Below, in pieces: positions 10,401 through 18,581 of a stretch of DNA of 64,000 bases. The translations under genes were made by a program, and so were the position numbers. Each line of letters begins with the position of its first letter. Positions within the stretch are counted from its first letter, which is position 1. Below the pieces are notes generated by a model. It searched no databases and was not told the origin of the DNA. It saw only the letters and a program-made list of their open reading frames with translations. The stretch is from a virus, in IMG/VR virus record IMGVR_UViG_3300022719_000329, positions 1 through 64,000 of that record, one strand, 5' to 3'.

Positions 10401-10899
10401 TAACTAGTATACCGGCGCCTTCCGTTCCTGCTGGCCCGAACGTGCCGGCTGTAGTTCCGCTCACCGAACTGATTGTCACAATGTCGTCGAGTTCTACGGT
10501 TGTTGTCGCGGACCCGGAAGTTACTGTAATGTTAGAACCGCCGACAATTGCCGGCTCCACCTCATCTATGTCGATAGAATCTATCTCCGATTGTAAGTGA
10601 CCAGAAACTGTTATAAGGTCTTCGCTGCTCGCCGAGTCTTCCGGCAGGCCCCCGCTTACTGTAATATCTTTTCCTGCAGTGGTGACTGTAACCGCCCCGG
10701 CCCCGCCGATGGTAACCCCAGTACCAGAAGCGGTAGAGTTAATTACGGTCTGTTCAGCCTCTGTGCCTAAAATAGCGGCGGGATTATCAATAAAGATACG
10801 AACAGCGCGCGTATCTTCCCGCACCCCAAACGGGGTGGAGTCTGTACCGCTAACAGAGCCTTGATTGAGAATTGATCCTTCGACAGCCCTAAATACCAT
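7441..10899 (-). CDS. tail-fibre / receptor-binding-like protein with tandem repeats
   Basis: 1152 aa; about 10 copies of a ~45-aa unit F(R/E)xEFVSASGSLQxQIDxIDxDEVExAIxGSxGITVxSGSxT; then HEQYLLVDGSRDMTGNL and C-terminal NTTSGTVNVYDGSSWRAL, both typical of phage fibres. Confidence 0.75.
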   Translation of the reverse strand: MVFRAVEGSILNQGSVSGTDSTPFGVREDTRAVRIFIDNPAAILGTEAEQTVINSTASGTGVTIGGAGAVTVTTAGKDITVSGGLPEDSASSEDLITVSGHLQSEIDSIDIDEVEPAIVGGSNITVTSGSATTTVELDDIVTISSVSGTTAGTFGPAGTEGAGILVNGIFYESALKASDIGGTRRALFQIHRHSTSLPPAIVSSRSNSNTSGHAVVTSGQNLLSIFGTGWSGNHYDVGARMNFRVDGAPSTTSMPGKIEFRTNPPGADDLNPVLVATMYSDQSTDFNGNPITNVGDFNANSGEFVSSLTVSGLPVSLDPDEIEPAIAGSDGITVVSGNSTTEIQGFRGEFISASGSLQGQIENIDSSVTLQEAYDNGAGVVQTSSGKPVVISGTAGEEDFRVVGSGTFTEALTVGNFSTHLNGHSIVTASGIFSNSLTISGVPVNLIAPDVTEAEVVTISGHLQTQIGAIDPDEAEDAIIGDDGITITSGTNTINVAGFRAEFVSASGSLSQEIDDDINTHAANPAAHHGRYSKEENDALLGTGGILVISGSNTITVSGFETEFVSASGSLQTQIDGIDIEFVETALVGAGGITVISGANAVTISGFRDELVSVSGSLQNQVDNLDGVFATDAELTTVSGSLQDQIDNFESGPGVILGAGGNTIISGTNSVTVSGFRSEFVSASGSLQNQIDNIDVDEVEDAITGSDGITVTSGSNTVDIVGFETAFVAASGSLQTQVDDNTSLITTTSGHLQNQIDSIDVDEIENAITGSNGITVVSGSSTTEIQGFRTEFVSASGSLQSQINNIDIDEVEPALIGSDGITVVSGSSTIDIQGFQTEFVSASGSLQTQITSNSDHGNLSGLSDDDHEQYLLVDGSRDMTGNLGLGWNDVNDVITLNAQNVVTSGTFQSTKNTGTVLELNSAVGTGSPTAYTFDLGGGGAAGEGGTVSFQMDDVTSADSNNTMAFDMGTSDVNNPPNTRFVTDFFNFGDYGFKVNYDVSAIGFQVFSENFFVTPRMRLENTTGQGLDIQAGTGGNELEINPDEVDTDLIINGTSANALFVDAGNNRVGIGTNSPVSLLDVNSQLTVSGTGVGVSDNLTVGGDFQSDGFFFPQKTNTEKDTIASPLPGQALFNTTSGTVNVYDGSSWRALNYA
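8350..9537 (-). repeat. dense in-frame tandem repeats (~135 nt unit) inside the fibre gene
   Basis: Repeat units span aa 455-850 of the fibre protein; additional isolated copies at aa 97-135 and 318-360. Coordinates derived from residue counting. Confidence 0.65.
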
Positions 10900-11243
10900 T
10901 AGGGGACCTCTGTGGCATCAATAGAGATTACTTTGCCCGAAGAGTCCCGGGTAATATCGGTGGTCAAGGTCTGAATCAAAGCCCCAGCGACGTCAAATTG
11001 TTTCTCTATAGTTTGAATAACTTTTCCTTGCGGATCCCGAGTTATTTCTATTTGGCGGACGTTAGTGCCTTCCGCACCAGTCAATACTTTGACCTCTGTA
11101 ACTTTCTGTTCGGAATTCCTAATAACCTCAGTAAACGAATCCTCTGAAAGGCCGTGCACTAAACTATCAATGTCTTCGTGGTCCTCAGGGGTTAGGAAAG
11201 TACCAGCTAAAGGTTGCTCAACCACTAGCGAAAGTTCCGCCAT
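10899..11243 (-). CDS. hypothetical protein (fibre-associated by position)
   Basis: 114 aa; its stop overlaps the fibre start by 1 nt. Confidence 0.45.
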   Translation of the reverse strand: MAELSLVVEQPLAGTFLTPEDHEDIDSLVHGLSEDSFTEVIRNSEQKVTEVKVLTGAEGTNVRQIEITRDPQGKVIQTIEKQFDVAGALIQTLTTDITRDSSGKVISIDATEVP

Positions 11244-11312
11244 TAGCCGTCCCTCCCCGGCGATTCTCCTATACTGCTAACGTTGGCAGCCCCACCAGTC
11301 AAGATTTGGTAG

Positions 11313-11516
11313 TTACGCAGAATGAACATTGTCTTCCTCCCTCGATCTATATTGGCAATAAGACATTTTCATACTACAAGTCCTATGTACGCGGTTGCCG
11401 TCTTTATCTGGTAAAGTACAAACACCCACGGTGAGTTTCCTTCCGCAGCAACCGTTCGTTTTTATATACTCATAGTGTACACAATCATTTCTATCGAAGT
11501 TTCTAAAAACTTGCAT
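11313..11516 (-). CDS. small Cys-rich protein
   Basis: 67 aa with 7 Cys. Confidence 0.35.
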   Translation of the reverse strand: MQVFRNFDRNDCVHYEYIKTNGCCGRKLTVGVCTLPDKDGNRVHRTCSMKMSYCQYRSREEDNVHSA

Positions 11517-11691
11517 CGTCTATCTCCAGCATAAAATCCTCTGGATTCATAATCAAAGTAATGCCGTTCCAAAGTTGTACTCTAACTTGTTCCACCAATT
11601 CTCCGTCAAAGCGCCAAGTGAAATTCTCCCAGTGGCCAACTACTTGGTCTCCTAAACGGAGCATTTATACCTCCCTGTAACACAAGGATTG

Positions 11692-12306
11692 CTAGATTCG
11701 ATCTGTGATCTGTTTTAGTACGGATAAGTATTGGGCCAATCTAACTTTACGAGGCCCGGGTTCTATTTTCTCCATCAAGACATTGCCCTGAGCGTACGCC
11801 AGTAAAAGGGTGCTTTTTCTTTCCGGATCTAAAGACAACCTGTCATTGTTCCATTGCCATGCGGCATGGGCGGTAGACATGGCTACCCAATAAAAAACAG
11901 CGTCATCCAGTGACCGCCCTGAGGTGGCTTTCTGAACCTCAAAGAATTGACGAGCAATCCTTTCTGCTTCGGTGTACTCTCGAGTTGTAATGGTGGTAGA
12001 AATACGAAATTCTATCATAGATACGGACAAATAAATATCGTATCCTTGGGGCTGTTTTATATCGGCACTAATAAATTGTCGTGCTATATCTTGGGTATTG
12101 TCTATTTCGGCTAGCAGTGCTTCCGGATCACAGCCCTCTTTATCCACCACATAATTGGCGCCTTCAGAGCAATCGGAATAAAGTTCGTGGACTTTATCGT
12201 TAGATTCCACCAAATCGCCGATCATAATAGGCGTCGGAGCGAATTTAGGAGCACAAGCAGACAAAGCAAAAACAAAAGTCAGCAAAGCGGCTCGTAACAA
12301 TTTCAT
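11692..12306 (-). CDS. lipoprotein
   Basis: 204 aa; signal peptide ending in the lipobox L-S-A-C. Confidence 0.55.
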   Translation of the reverse strand: MKLLRAALLTFVFALSACAPKFAPTPIMIGDLVESNDKVHELYSDCSEGANYVVDKEGCDPEALLAEIDNTQDIARQFISADIKQPQGYDIYLSVSMIEFRISTTITTREYTEAERIARQFFEVQKATSGRSLDDAVFYWVAMSTAHAAWQWNNDRLSLDPERKSTLLLAYAQGNVLMEKIEPGPRKVRLAQYLSVLKQITDRI

Positions 12307-12316
12307 TATAAATCTC

Positions 12317-13045
12317 CTATATTACTGTATCTATTATCTCTATTACTTCTTCAAAGCCTTCGGAATTGAATAAAGCCCAGTTTCTCATAGCCGGAAATAA
12401 ATCTTTCAATGCTTTTACAGCATCCTGAACGTTTGTTTCTATTTCGGGCCTCTTGGAGACCTTCAAAATTTCCTGTTCAATTTGGTACAGATTAGCATTG
12501 AGCAATTCTCGGTTACGTATACAAACAGCCTTTACATATTCTTCGTCTACATGGGGATACTTGGTGTGTAAAAGTTCAAAACTAGTGATAAAAGAGAAAT
12601 CATTGTAAACCTTTTCTAATTCGGCGATGGCCTCTTGGTCCCAGTTATGTGCTAAAGTAAGATGTCCGTAGTGTTTATTTAGTTCTTCATCGAACTGTAC
12701 ATTTACTCTCATAACGTTGGGGTCCACGGGGGGAAACTTGATCTGGTTGTAGTCTTTCCGTAAAGCGATGTTCTTCCAGATATTAAATCCCATTTCCCCA
12801 AGCCCTAGTACGGGGGCCGCGATAGCCGCCGGGGGAACGAACGCAAGTACCGCTTTCAAAGCAGCCACGCCTCTCAAAATATTTTGATCAGAAAACATGC
12901 GTGGTTTTATAGCCAAGTACTTAGGCTCTATTTTCTGATCCTCTTTTTTCACGGCTTTTAGAACCGATAAGATTGCTCCAGCCCAATTTATCAATTGAAG
13001 TCGTCTCCAAACTGCCTTCAAAGAGGCAACTAGTTTATTCCACAT
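12317..13045 (-). CDS. hypothetical protein with hydrophobic N-region
   Basis: 242-aa ORF; 11-nt overlap with the upstream gene. Confidence 0.45.
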   Translation of the reverse strand: MWNKLVASLKAVWRRLQLINWAGAILSVLKAVKKEDQKIEPKYLAIKPRMFSDQNILRGVAALKAVLAFVPPAAIAAPVLGLGEMGFNIWKNIALRKDYNQIKFPPVDPNVMRVNVQFDEELNKHYGHLTLAHNWDQEAIAELEKVYNDFSFITSFELLHTKYPHVDEEYVKAVCIRNRELLNANLYQIEQEILKVSKRPEIETNVQDAVKALKDLFPAMRNWALFNSEGFEEVIEIIDTVI

Positions 13046-13451
13046 CCTTGTTGGATAGGCTTACACCGGCCTCTTCAGCCTCGGTGCCCTTCAATTTTAG
13101 TTCCCCGTTGGCATAATCCCGACCGGCCTTTACAGCGGCATCTCGAGCGTTGTCAATCTTTTCTACAGTAGTCTTACCGATCTGAATGTTATAACGGTTG
13201 GCAGCGATTTCAATGGCCTCATTTAACATTGATTCGGAAATTCTATCGGCTCCTACTTCGGCACCATCAAGAACAGCATCTACGATCGCCTTCTTTTTCT
13301 GGTTGCCGGACAGATCATTTCTGAAAGCCAACTCAATTACCATGGGGAGCACCGCTTCTACCATATCTTCTAGGTACTCATCGTGCTTCTTCCATAAGGC
13401 TTCAATCCAATCCCATACTTTGTTAAAGAAAGCCTTGATCTTCTCCCACAT
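13035..13451 (-). CDS. hypothetical protein with LL-H-holin-like motif
   Basis: 138 aa; SGNQKKKAIVDAVLDGAEVGADRISESMLNEAIEIA resembles the conserved segment of LL-H family holins as I recall it; no clear TM helix. Confidence 0.35.
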   Translation of the reverse strand: MWEKIKAFFNKVWDWIEALWKKHDEYLEDMVEAVLPMVIELAFRNDLSGNQKKKAIVDAVLDGAEVGADRISESMLNEAIEIAANRYNIQIGKTTVEKIDNARDAAVKAGRDYANGELKLKGTEAEEAGVSLSNKDVE

Positions 13452-13452
13452 A

Positions 13453-13725
13453 TTAGACCTCCTCGATATTTATATCACCTTGGAAATAGATATAGGCAGA
13501 AGATATTCGTTCTATTACCAAAGTGTTAGATTTATTTTCCGTGGCTTTGGAGAGTAGATAGCGGCCGTCCGGGCAAACAAAAAGATCTACTAAATCTCCC
13601 ACCGCTATGTCCCCTTCCATAGTTACTTTTGGCTTCTCTAGGGCTACCAGGCCTTCAACTTTATAACTATGCGTATTACCATTATATAGTATTTGGTGGA
13701 ATTTTTCCTCGGCCTCGCGCATCAT
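13453..13725 (-). CDS. hypothetical protein
   Basis: 90-aa ORF, 2-nt gap to the next gene. Confidence 0.4.
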   Translation of the reverse strand: MMREAEEKFHQILYNGNTHSYKVEGLVALEKPKVTMEGDIAVGDLVDLFVCPDGRYLLSKATENKSNTLVIERISSAYIYFQGDINIEEV

Positions 13726-13906
13726 GCTCTGCTTGCCTCTTTTTCTTTACGAAATTCTCGAATTGCTTATCTCTTCTTTCGATGAACTCTAGTACGTCCA
13801 TCAGTCTAGGCCCAGGCTGCCCAGTAAAGCCCACATGCAAATAACCATCGTCCGGCTGCTCCACAGCCCAGACCCTGTTGGTACGGTCTGTAATTACCAC
13901 CGGCAT
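13682..13906 (-). CDS. hypothetical protein
   Basis: 74-aa ORF; 44-nt overlap with the downstream gene, so the start/stop relation is uncertain. Confidence 0.35.
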   Translation of the reverse strand: MPVVITDRTNRVWAVEQPDDGYLHVGFTGQPGPRLMDVLEFIERRDKQFENFVKKKRQAEHDARGRGKIPPNTI

Positions 13907-13971
13907 TTAGAAACTCCTTAGAACACACTTATAGGGATCGTCCCCGAAAAACTTTTTTCGGGGAAAACCCT

Positions 13972-14823
13972 CTAATCTACATACGGCAAAACATCAGATT
14001 CTAGAACTGCTTCGTTGCCGTATTCTATCAATTTCTCGACACTATTTGAATCTATGGAGAAACTAAATCCTCCTACTTCTAAAGTAGGTATTATTATAGT
14101 TTTCTCCCATTCAGTTTCATCCAAATGCTGTAAATCGACAGCATCTAGAATATATTCAGCCACGACTCGTAGATAACTCCATAAAAAAAGTCGGCTTGAG
14201 TCTACCGTTTGCGTGGCTCTCTTGAGATCATAGTCAGTACGTGGACGTAAGACCACAACGGGGTGCTTTTTATCGGGAAATATATCCCCAGTTCTAATAT
14301 CCAAACCCCCGTCCGTAACAGGGGTTTCTCCTAGGGAAAGATAAGGAAAAATAAATGGAATAGTAGAAGACATTCTTACGGCCTTCCACACCGGGAGATC
14401 CGGATAAGATTCCCTGTCCAATAGAATTCTCTTGCGACCTACAATGGTCACCACTGATATTTTACAATCAATAACAAAATCTTTTAGAGTGGCTTCTCCG
14501 AAAAGGTCTTTATAATAAGAATCGAGTTCTTTACCACTATAAACACTGGGATTTCTTACGCTCAACAAGTTATTGATCCGGAAATCTCGAAACTTCGCAT
14601 ATGGTATACTTTGGGCTAAGTCTCGCATTTCTTCGGGGGATTTTCCCAAAGAAAACGCTGCCGCTATTATTGCCCCTCCAGAAGTTCCGGCGATTCTTTT
14701 TATATTATACCCTTTCTTCTGTAGGGCCATAAGTCCGCCTATAAAGCACGGCGCTCTAACTCCCGAAGATGTAAGTATTACATCTATGTCAGGACTCTCT
14801 TTCTTTCTCCTCAAGATTGACAT
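13972..14823 (-). CDS. patatin-like phospholipase
   Basis: 283 aa; Gly-rich oxyanion region SSGVRAPCFIGG, nucleophile elbow GTSGG, catalytic Asp in TDGGL. Confidence 0.8.
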   Translation of the reverse strand: MSILRRKKESPDIDVILTSSGVRAPCFIGGLMALQKKGYNIKRIAGTSGGAIIAAAFSLGKSPEEMRDLAQSIPYAKFRDFRINNLLSVRNPSVYSGKELDSYYKDLFGEATLKDFVIDCKISVVTIVGRKRILLDRESYPDLPVWKAVRMSSTIPFIFPYLSLGETPVTDGGLDIRTGDIFPDKKHPVVVLRPRTDYDLKRATQTVDSSRLFLWSYLRVVAEYILDAVDLQHLDETEWEKTIIIPTLEVGGFSFSIDSNSVEKLIEYGNEAVLESDVLPYVD

Positions 14824-15049
14824 TGGGCAGGTTTTTCAACTCCTCTTGATGTTGAGCAGTAATATTCATGTGCTTCAGTTGTAAACCCTGTGCTTGTACC
14901 CCGTTGTTTATCAGAGTCAACAGTTCAGGGGTTATTCTCAATTCCGCCGGAACTGTTACAATGGCTCCTTGATTTTCGTCAGTCTCTACTTTTACTGTGG
15001 ATGTAAGATTTATATCATGAGGAGCAATAGCATCTTCTAAAAACATCAA
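14789..15049 (-). CDS. hypothetical protein
   Basis: 86-aa ORF bridging the dut and patatin genes, overlapping both. Confidence 0.35.
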   Translation of the reverse strand: MMFLEDAIAPHDINLTSTVKVETDENQGAIVTVPAELRITPELLTLINNGVQAQGLQLKHMNITAQHQEELKNLPNVNLEEKERES

Positions 15050-15480
15050 TTCCTCCCTGTAGATCCTAAACCGCCGATGCCCCTATCAGTGCCTACTAAC
15101 TCCTGAACCTCCAGATAAGAGACTTCCGGGACAGAAGCGATGACGGCTTGGGCAATCCTTTCTCCGGGACTGATCCAAAATTCTTCTTCTCCCAGGTTGG
15201 TAAGTATTACTCCGACTTCGCCCCGGTAATCGCTATCTATAGTTCCTGGAGAATTCAGTACGGTAATATTTTTTTTGGCGGCCAGACCACTTCGAGGCCG
15301 AACCTGCATTTCATAGCCTGGCGGTATTTCTACTGCAAATCCCAACCAGGCGATCTGGGTTCCTCCCGGGGGAATTCCTAGAGAGGTAAGGGCGTACAGA
15401 TCGGCCCCAACGGCGCCAGAAGTTTTATATTTGGGAATTACTGCCTCTGGTCGCAATTTTTTTATTTTTATCTGAACCAC
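15046..15480 (-). CDS. dut: dUTP diphosphatase (trimeric dUTPase)
   Basis: 144 aa; GAVGADLYA, RPRSGLA, IDSDYRGEV, RIAQ, GTDRGIGGLGSTG (the five dUTPase motifs); GTG start after GGAG. Confidence 0.9.
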   Translation of the reverse strand: MVQIKIKKLRPEAVIPKYKTSGAVGADLYALTSLGIPPGGTQIAWLGFAVEIPPGYEMQVRPRSGLAAKKNITVLNSPGTIDSDYRGEVGVILTNLGEEEFWISPGERIAQAVIASVPEVSYLEVQELVGTDRGIGGLGSTGRN

Positions 15481-15490
15481 AATTACTCCG

Positions 15491-15928
15491 TTACTTTATC
15501 TCAATATCAATATTGTTCTTTTTCTGGGGCCTGGTTTTCTTTGAAGGCGCGTCTTGTATATTTACGTCTATATCAACTAGGTCTATATTTTGTAATTTAG
15601 TTACAAAACCCTTTGCTATTTCTTGTCCAGGCAGTATATTGATTTGATTTCTGCCGCTATTCTGGAAAGGAATTTGTAATTTATCTTGTTGGAGACCCAT
15701 CAGCGCATAACGTGCTGGAAATACAGATAAACCTTTATTTATGAGTTCGGGCAGCGCCATTATTTCTAGTACAAAGTTTTCGGGAACTTCTACTACTAGA
15801 CCAGTGATTATTTTCTGTATCTCTCCTGGTTGTATAATTACAGGCTTGGCCGCTTTGAAAGTAACTATCCCTTTCTTTACCGCGGGCCTCTCTGCCTCTT
15901 TATCTATTATAGAAATTCCTAATTGCAT
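15491..15928 (-). CDS. dUTPase-fold paralog lacking catalytic motifs
   Basis: 145 aa from the internal ATG at 15928; ITGLVVEVPENFVLEIMALPELINKGLSV...NSGRNQINILPGQEIAKGFV follows dUTPase strand order but has no D-x-D-Y-R-G-E or C-terminal P-loop. Confidence 0.4.
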   Translation of the reverse strand: MQLGISIIDKEAERPAVKKGIVTFKAAKPVIIQPGEIQKIITGLVVEVPENFVLEIMALPELINKGLSVFPARYALMGLQQDKLQIPFQNSGRNQINILPGQEIAKGFVTKLQNIDLVDIDVNIQDAPSKKTRPQKKNNIDIEIK

Positions 15929-15990
15929 GTAAGCCTCTTGTGGCCGTGCCGGGGGCAGCCCGGACACGGCTGTAAGTCTTTGGATTTCTC

Positions 15991-16266
15991 CTATCCACGC
16001 GTGACGCCGGGGAGTGCAGCGTTGCCCGCAGGCAGGTCGCCACTTCTTCCAAGCGAAACATGGGGAAGTCCGGTCGGTGCGCCTCGGAGATCCTGATTCT
16101 GGAAATAGCCCCGGTTCCAAGTCATACCGTGCTGGGAAGCAGGTACGCCAGCAACCATGTCAGGGTTTCGAGTAGTTTCAGGACCAAAACCATTGGCGTT
16201 CGTATCGAAGATTGGATCTAGAGAATCCAGATTTACTACAGTTCCGTCGTGTTGTAGTACACCCAT
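15991..16266 (-). CDS. hypothetical Gly/Pro-rich protein
   Basis: 91 aa; GGAGGGA SD 10 nt upstream; sits in a local GC-rich patch. Confidence 0.35.
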   Translation of the reverse strand: MGVLQHDGTVVNLDSLDPIFDTNANGFGPETTRNPDMVAGVPASQHGMTWNRGYFQNQDLRGAPTGLPHVSLGRSGDLPAGNAALPGVTRG

Positions 16267-16383
16267 TGTTCTTTATCCCTCCGTTTTCGGATTTGTTTTT
16301 TCAACCAATCTTGGGCAGCCGACAGGCGCCGGTGGGTAGGGCTCTGAAGGCCCGGAGAGGTCTCTCCGTATACCCAGGAGGGA

Positions 16384-16647
16384 TTAGCCCAAGACTGATG
16401 CTACATCTTTCAATCGAGGTAGTTCGGCCAAATTATTGGCCTCTTCACTATCCTCAACCGTCCTTACGGCGGATTCGCCGTAAGGGACAAGTATTACAGG
16501 CTTTTCACCATCCCAATGTCGGACTACCAAGTCTGAATGAAATGACACTAGCCGAGCGAGATCCTCCTTGGAGATGACCACTAAATAGTCATCATCGCCA
16601 ATTTGTGCGAGGACCTGCGTATCTATATATTGTTCCATCGGTAACAC
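16384..16647 (-). CDS. hypothetical protein
   Basis: 87-aa ORF downstream of a consensus promoter. Confidence 0.4.
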   Translation of the reverse strand: MLPMEQYIDTQVLAQIGDDDYLVVISKEDLARLVSFHSDLVVRHWDGEKPVILVPYGESAVRTVEDSEEANNLAELPRLKDVASVLG

Positions 16648-16731
16648 TCCTTCTGGCGAGGGACGGCGGTCAGTATATAACCGCCTTGGAGAGCACCCCG
16701 CTGGGTGCGTTCCTCCCTCTTTTACGTACTA

Positions 16732-16760
16732 ATAATACGTAAAGCGGGCGGTTTTGTCAA
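16732..16760 (-). promoter_or_regulatory. sigma70-type promoter TTGACA-17-TATTAT with overlapping palindrome
   Basis: Minus strand reads TTGACAaaaccgcccgctttacgTATTAT; the 8-bp inverted repeat TTTACGTA/TACGTAAA straddles the -10. Confidence 0.45.
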
Positions 16761-16770
16761 CTGCCCTGTC

Positions 16771-17028
16771 CTAATTCTCTGGCGTTTCCGAAGCGTCCAA
16801 ACGAACCACATTCTCAGCCTGGGGCTTACCTTCTGGGCTCCAGACCAAATCATAGGTAACGTCTTCATCAGGTAGCAATTTCTTAAAACCTTCCATCTGA
16901 ATCTTGGTGAAATGGACAAAAACATCTTTACTTTCACCGCTCTCATCTTTTAGTTCTTCTACCTGGGGGGAAACAATAAAACCGAATCCCTTTTTTGCAT
17001 CAAACCACTTTACAGTACCTTCAACCAT
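16771..17028 (-). CDS. cold-shock domain protein
   Basis: 85 aa from the ATG at 17028 (GGAG-N7); RNP1 KGFGFI and RNP2 VFVHF; loop insertion and C-terminal extension. Confidence 0.85.
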   Translation of the reverse strand: MVEGTVKWFDAKKGFGFIVSPQVEELKDESGESKDVFVHFTKIQMEGFKKLLPDEDVTYDLVWSPEGKPQAENVVRLDASETPEN

Positions 17029-17061
17029 TTTCAACTCCTGGTGCCGTAGCACCGTTCCTCC

Positions 17062-17826
17062 TTATTCAGTAAGTATTTCTGGACTGCCTTCAGTAACGAG
17101 CACCATGTGCTCGATATGGGTTGCTTTGGATTTATCCAAAGTTATAACGGTCCAGTGATCGGGTAAAACTCCTAGGCCTACTTTAGCCTTTAGCAGCATG
17201 GGTTCCAAACAAAAGACCATTCCGGGCTTTAGTTCGGGCCCCACATTCGGTTTCCCAAAATTAGGAACCTGGGGCGATTCATGCATTTCTTCACCAATGG
17301 CGTGCCCACAGAATTGATAAACATTATGGTACGGAGAGGCCCCTATCGATCTCTGGATACAATGGCAAACGTCTCCTAGTTTATTTCCAGGTACACATGC
17401 ATCAATACCTGCCTGCAGGGCGTCACGGCTGGCCGCTATAATATCTTCGTCTTCGGAAGACATTTGACCTACGCCGAAAAGACGAGCAGCGTCGGCAAAC
17501 CAGCCGTTGAGAGATAAACCACAATCAATAGTGATCATATCCCCCTCTTCAATGATCTCCTGCTCGCTAGGAATTCCATGTACTAAAACATGGTTTCGAG
17601 AAAAACAAATACTGGCAGGGAACGGGGAAGCCGCCATTCCCTTATTATAATTCTTGAAGGCCGGCTTAGCCCCGTGGTCTCTTATAAATTCATCTGCTAT
17701 TACGTCCAGATCCTTTCCAGACTTTCCAGGCTTTGCACAGGAAACCAGCATGTCCAAACATCTTGAAAGCAATGCTCCGGAAATTCTCATTTTTTCAACT
17801 TGCTCGGGTGTCTTTATAACAGACAT
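17062..17826 (-). CDS. map: methionine aminopeptidase type I
   Basis: 254 aa; metal ligands in GDMITIDCG..FADAA, FCGHAIGEEMHE, VFCLEP, IEHMVLVTE; TAATG overlap with the upstream stop. Confidence 0.9.
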   Translation of the reverse strand: MSVIKTPEQVEKMRISGALLSRCLDMLVSCAKPGKSGKDLDVIADEFIRDHGAKPAFKNYNKGMAASPFPASICFSRNHVLVHGIPSEQEIIEEGDMITIDCGLSLNGWFADAARLFGVGQMSSEDEDIIAASRDALQAGIDACVPGNKLGDVCHCIQRSIGASPYHNVYQFCGHAIGEEMHESPQVPNFGKPNVGPELKPGMVFCLEPMLLKAKVGLGVLPDHWTVITLDKSKATHIEHMVLVTEGSPEILTE

Positions 17827-18581
17827 TAATACTCCCCTGGTAATACCACCGTGACCTCGGTCCAACCGCTATGGCTATCTACCATAACATCTACGTTCGG
17901 ATTATCTTCTGCTAGGGACTGCAGAGCCTCTACAAGGGCCTTGTATTTGGCATTCAAAGTAAGATCTCTGTCGGCGAAAGAATCGAAAGGGTTTTTATTG
18001 ACTGCCTCTGTCGTCTCCAGCGTTTCTGGAACCTGCTTCTTGAAGTAATCATGCCAAGCCACATACCAAAGGGAAACTTCCGGAGCATATCTATCCGCTT
18101 GGGACCTATAACGGGCCGGCAGGGCTTTTATTTCCGGCAGCGCTTTATCGTGGCCGCCGTGTTTTATAACCAAGGCAGCCGGCCGGCCTCCTGAATTGTA
18201 AAAAGTAAGGCAGGCCTCTAATTGTACTTTCTTATCAGAAATATTCTTGTATTTGACATAAAATAGCCACCAAAGAAAAGCACAAACGGCTTTGATCCCG
18301 CGGTCTGGATCTTCCGCCTCTTTCTTACTAAAGTTGGCTAGATCAGACGCTTTGGATGTCATTTTGGAAACCAACTGAACTTGTTTAGCCCCAATATTAG
18401 TAAATTGGCCGAATCCATAGGCCCCAGTAGGGCTGGTGGCCCTGGCCTGTATTCTTGATTCTTGAGTTAGCAGGGCGCGTACTAAATTAGCATCGAGTTC
18501 AAAAAGAGCCGCATATTCCTCGATATATCGACGTACCGCTTCCTCTCTTTTTATTAGTTCCTCTGTGATCACTGCGCCCAT
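17826..18581 (-). CDS. lytic transglycosylase (SLT domain)
   Basis: 251 aa; catalytic Glu in LTQESR, GAYGFGQFT, YNSGG. Confidence 0.7.
   Translation of the reverse strand: MGAVITEELIKREEAVRRYIEEYAALFELDANLVRALLTQESRIQARATSPTGAYGFGQFTNIGAKQVQLVSKMTSKASDLANFSKKEAEDPDRGIKAVCAFLWWLFYVKYKNISDKKVQLEACLTFYNSGGRPAALVIKHGGHDKALPEIKALPARYRSQADRYAPEVSLWYVAWHDYFKKQVPETLETTEAVNKNPFDSFADRDLTLNAKYKALVEALQSLAEDNPNVDVMVDSHSGWTEVTVVLPGEY

Noticed and set aside
15929-16120. N-terminal 64-aa extension of ORF 15491-16120
   Set aside because: The extension is Arg/Cys/Pro-rich, lies in the GC-rich patch and overlaps ORF 15991-16266. The dUTPase-fold homology begins at the internal Met at 15928.
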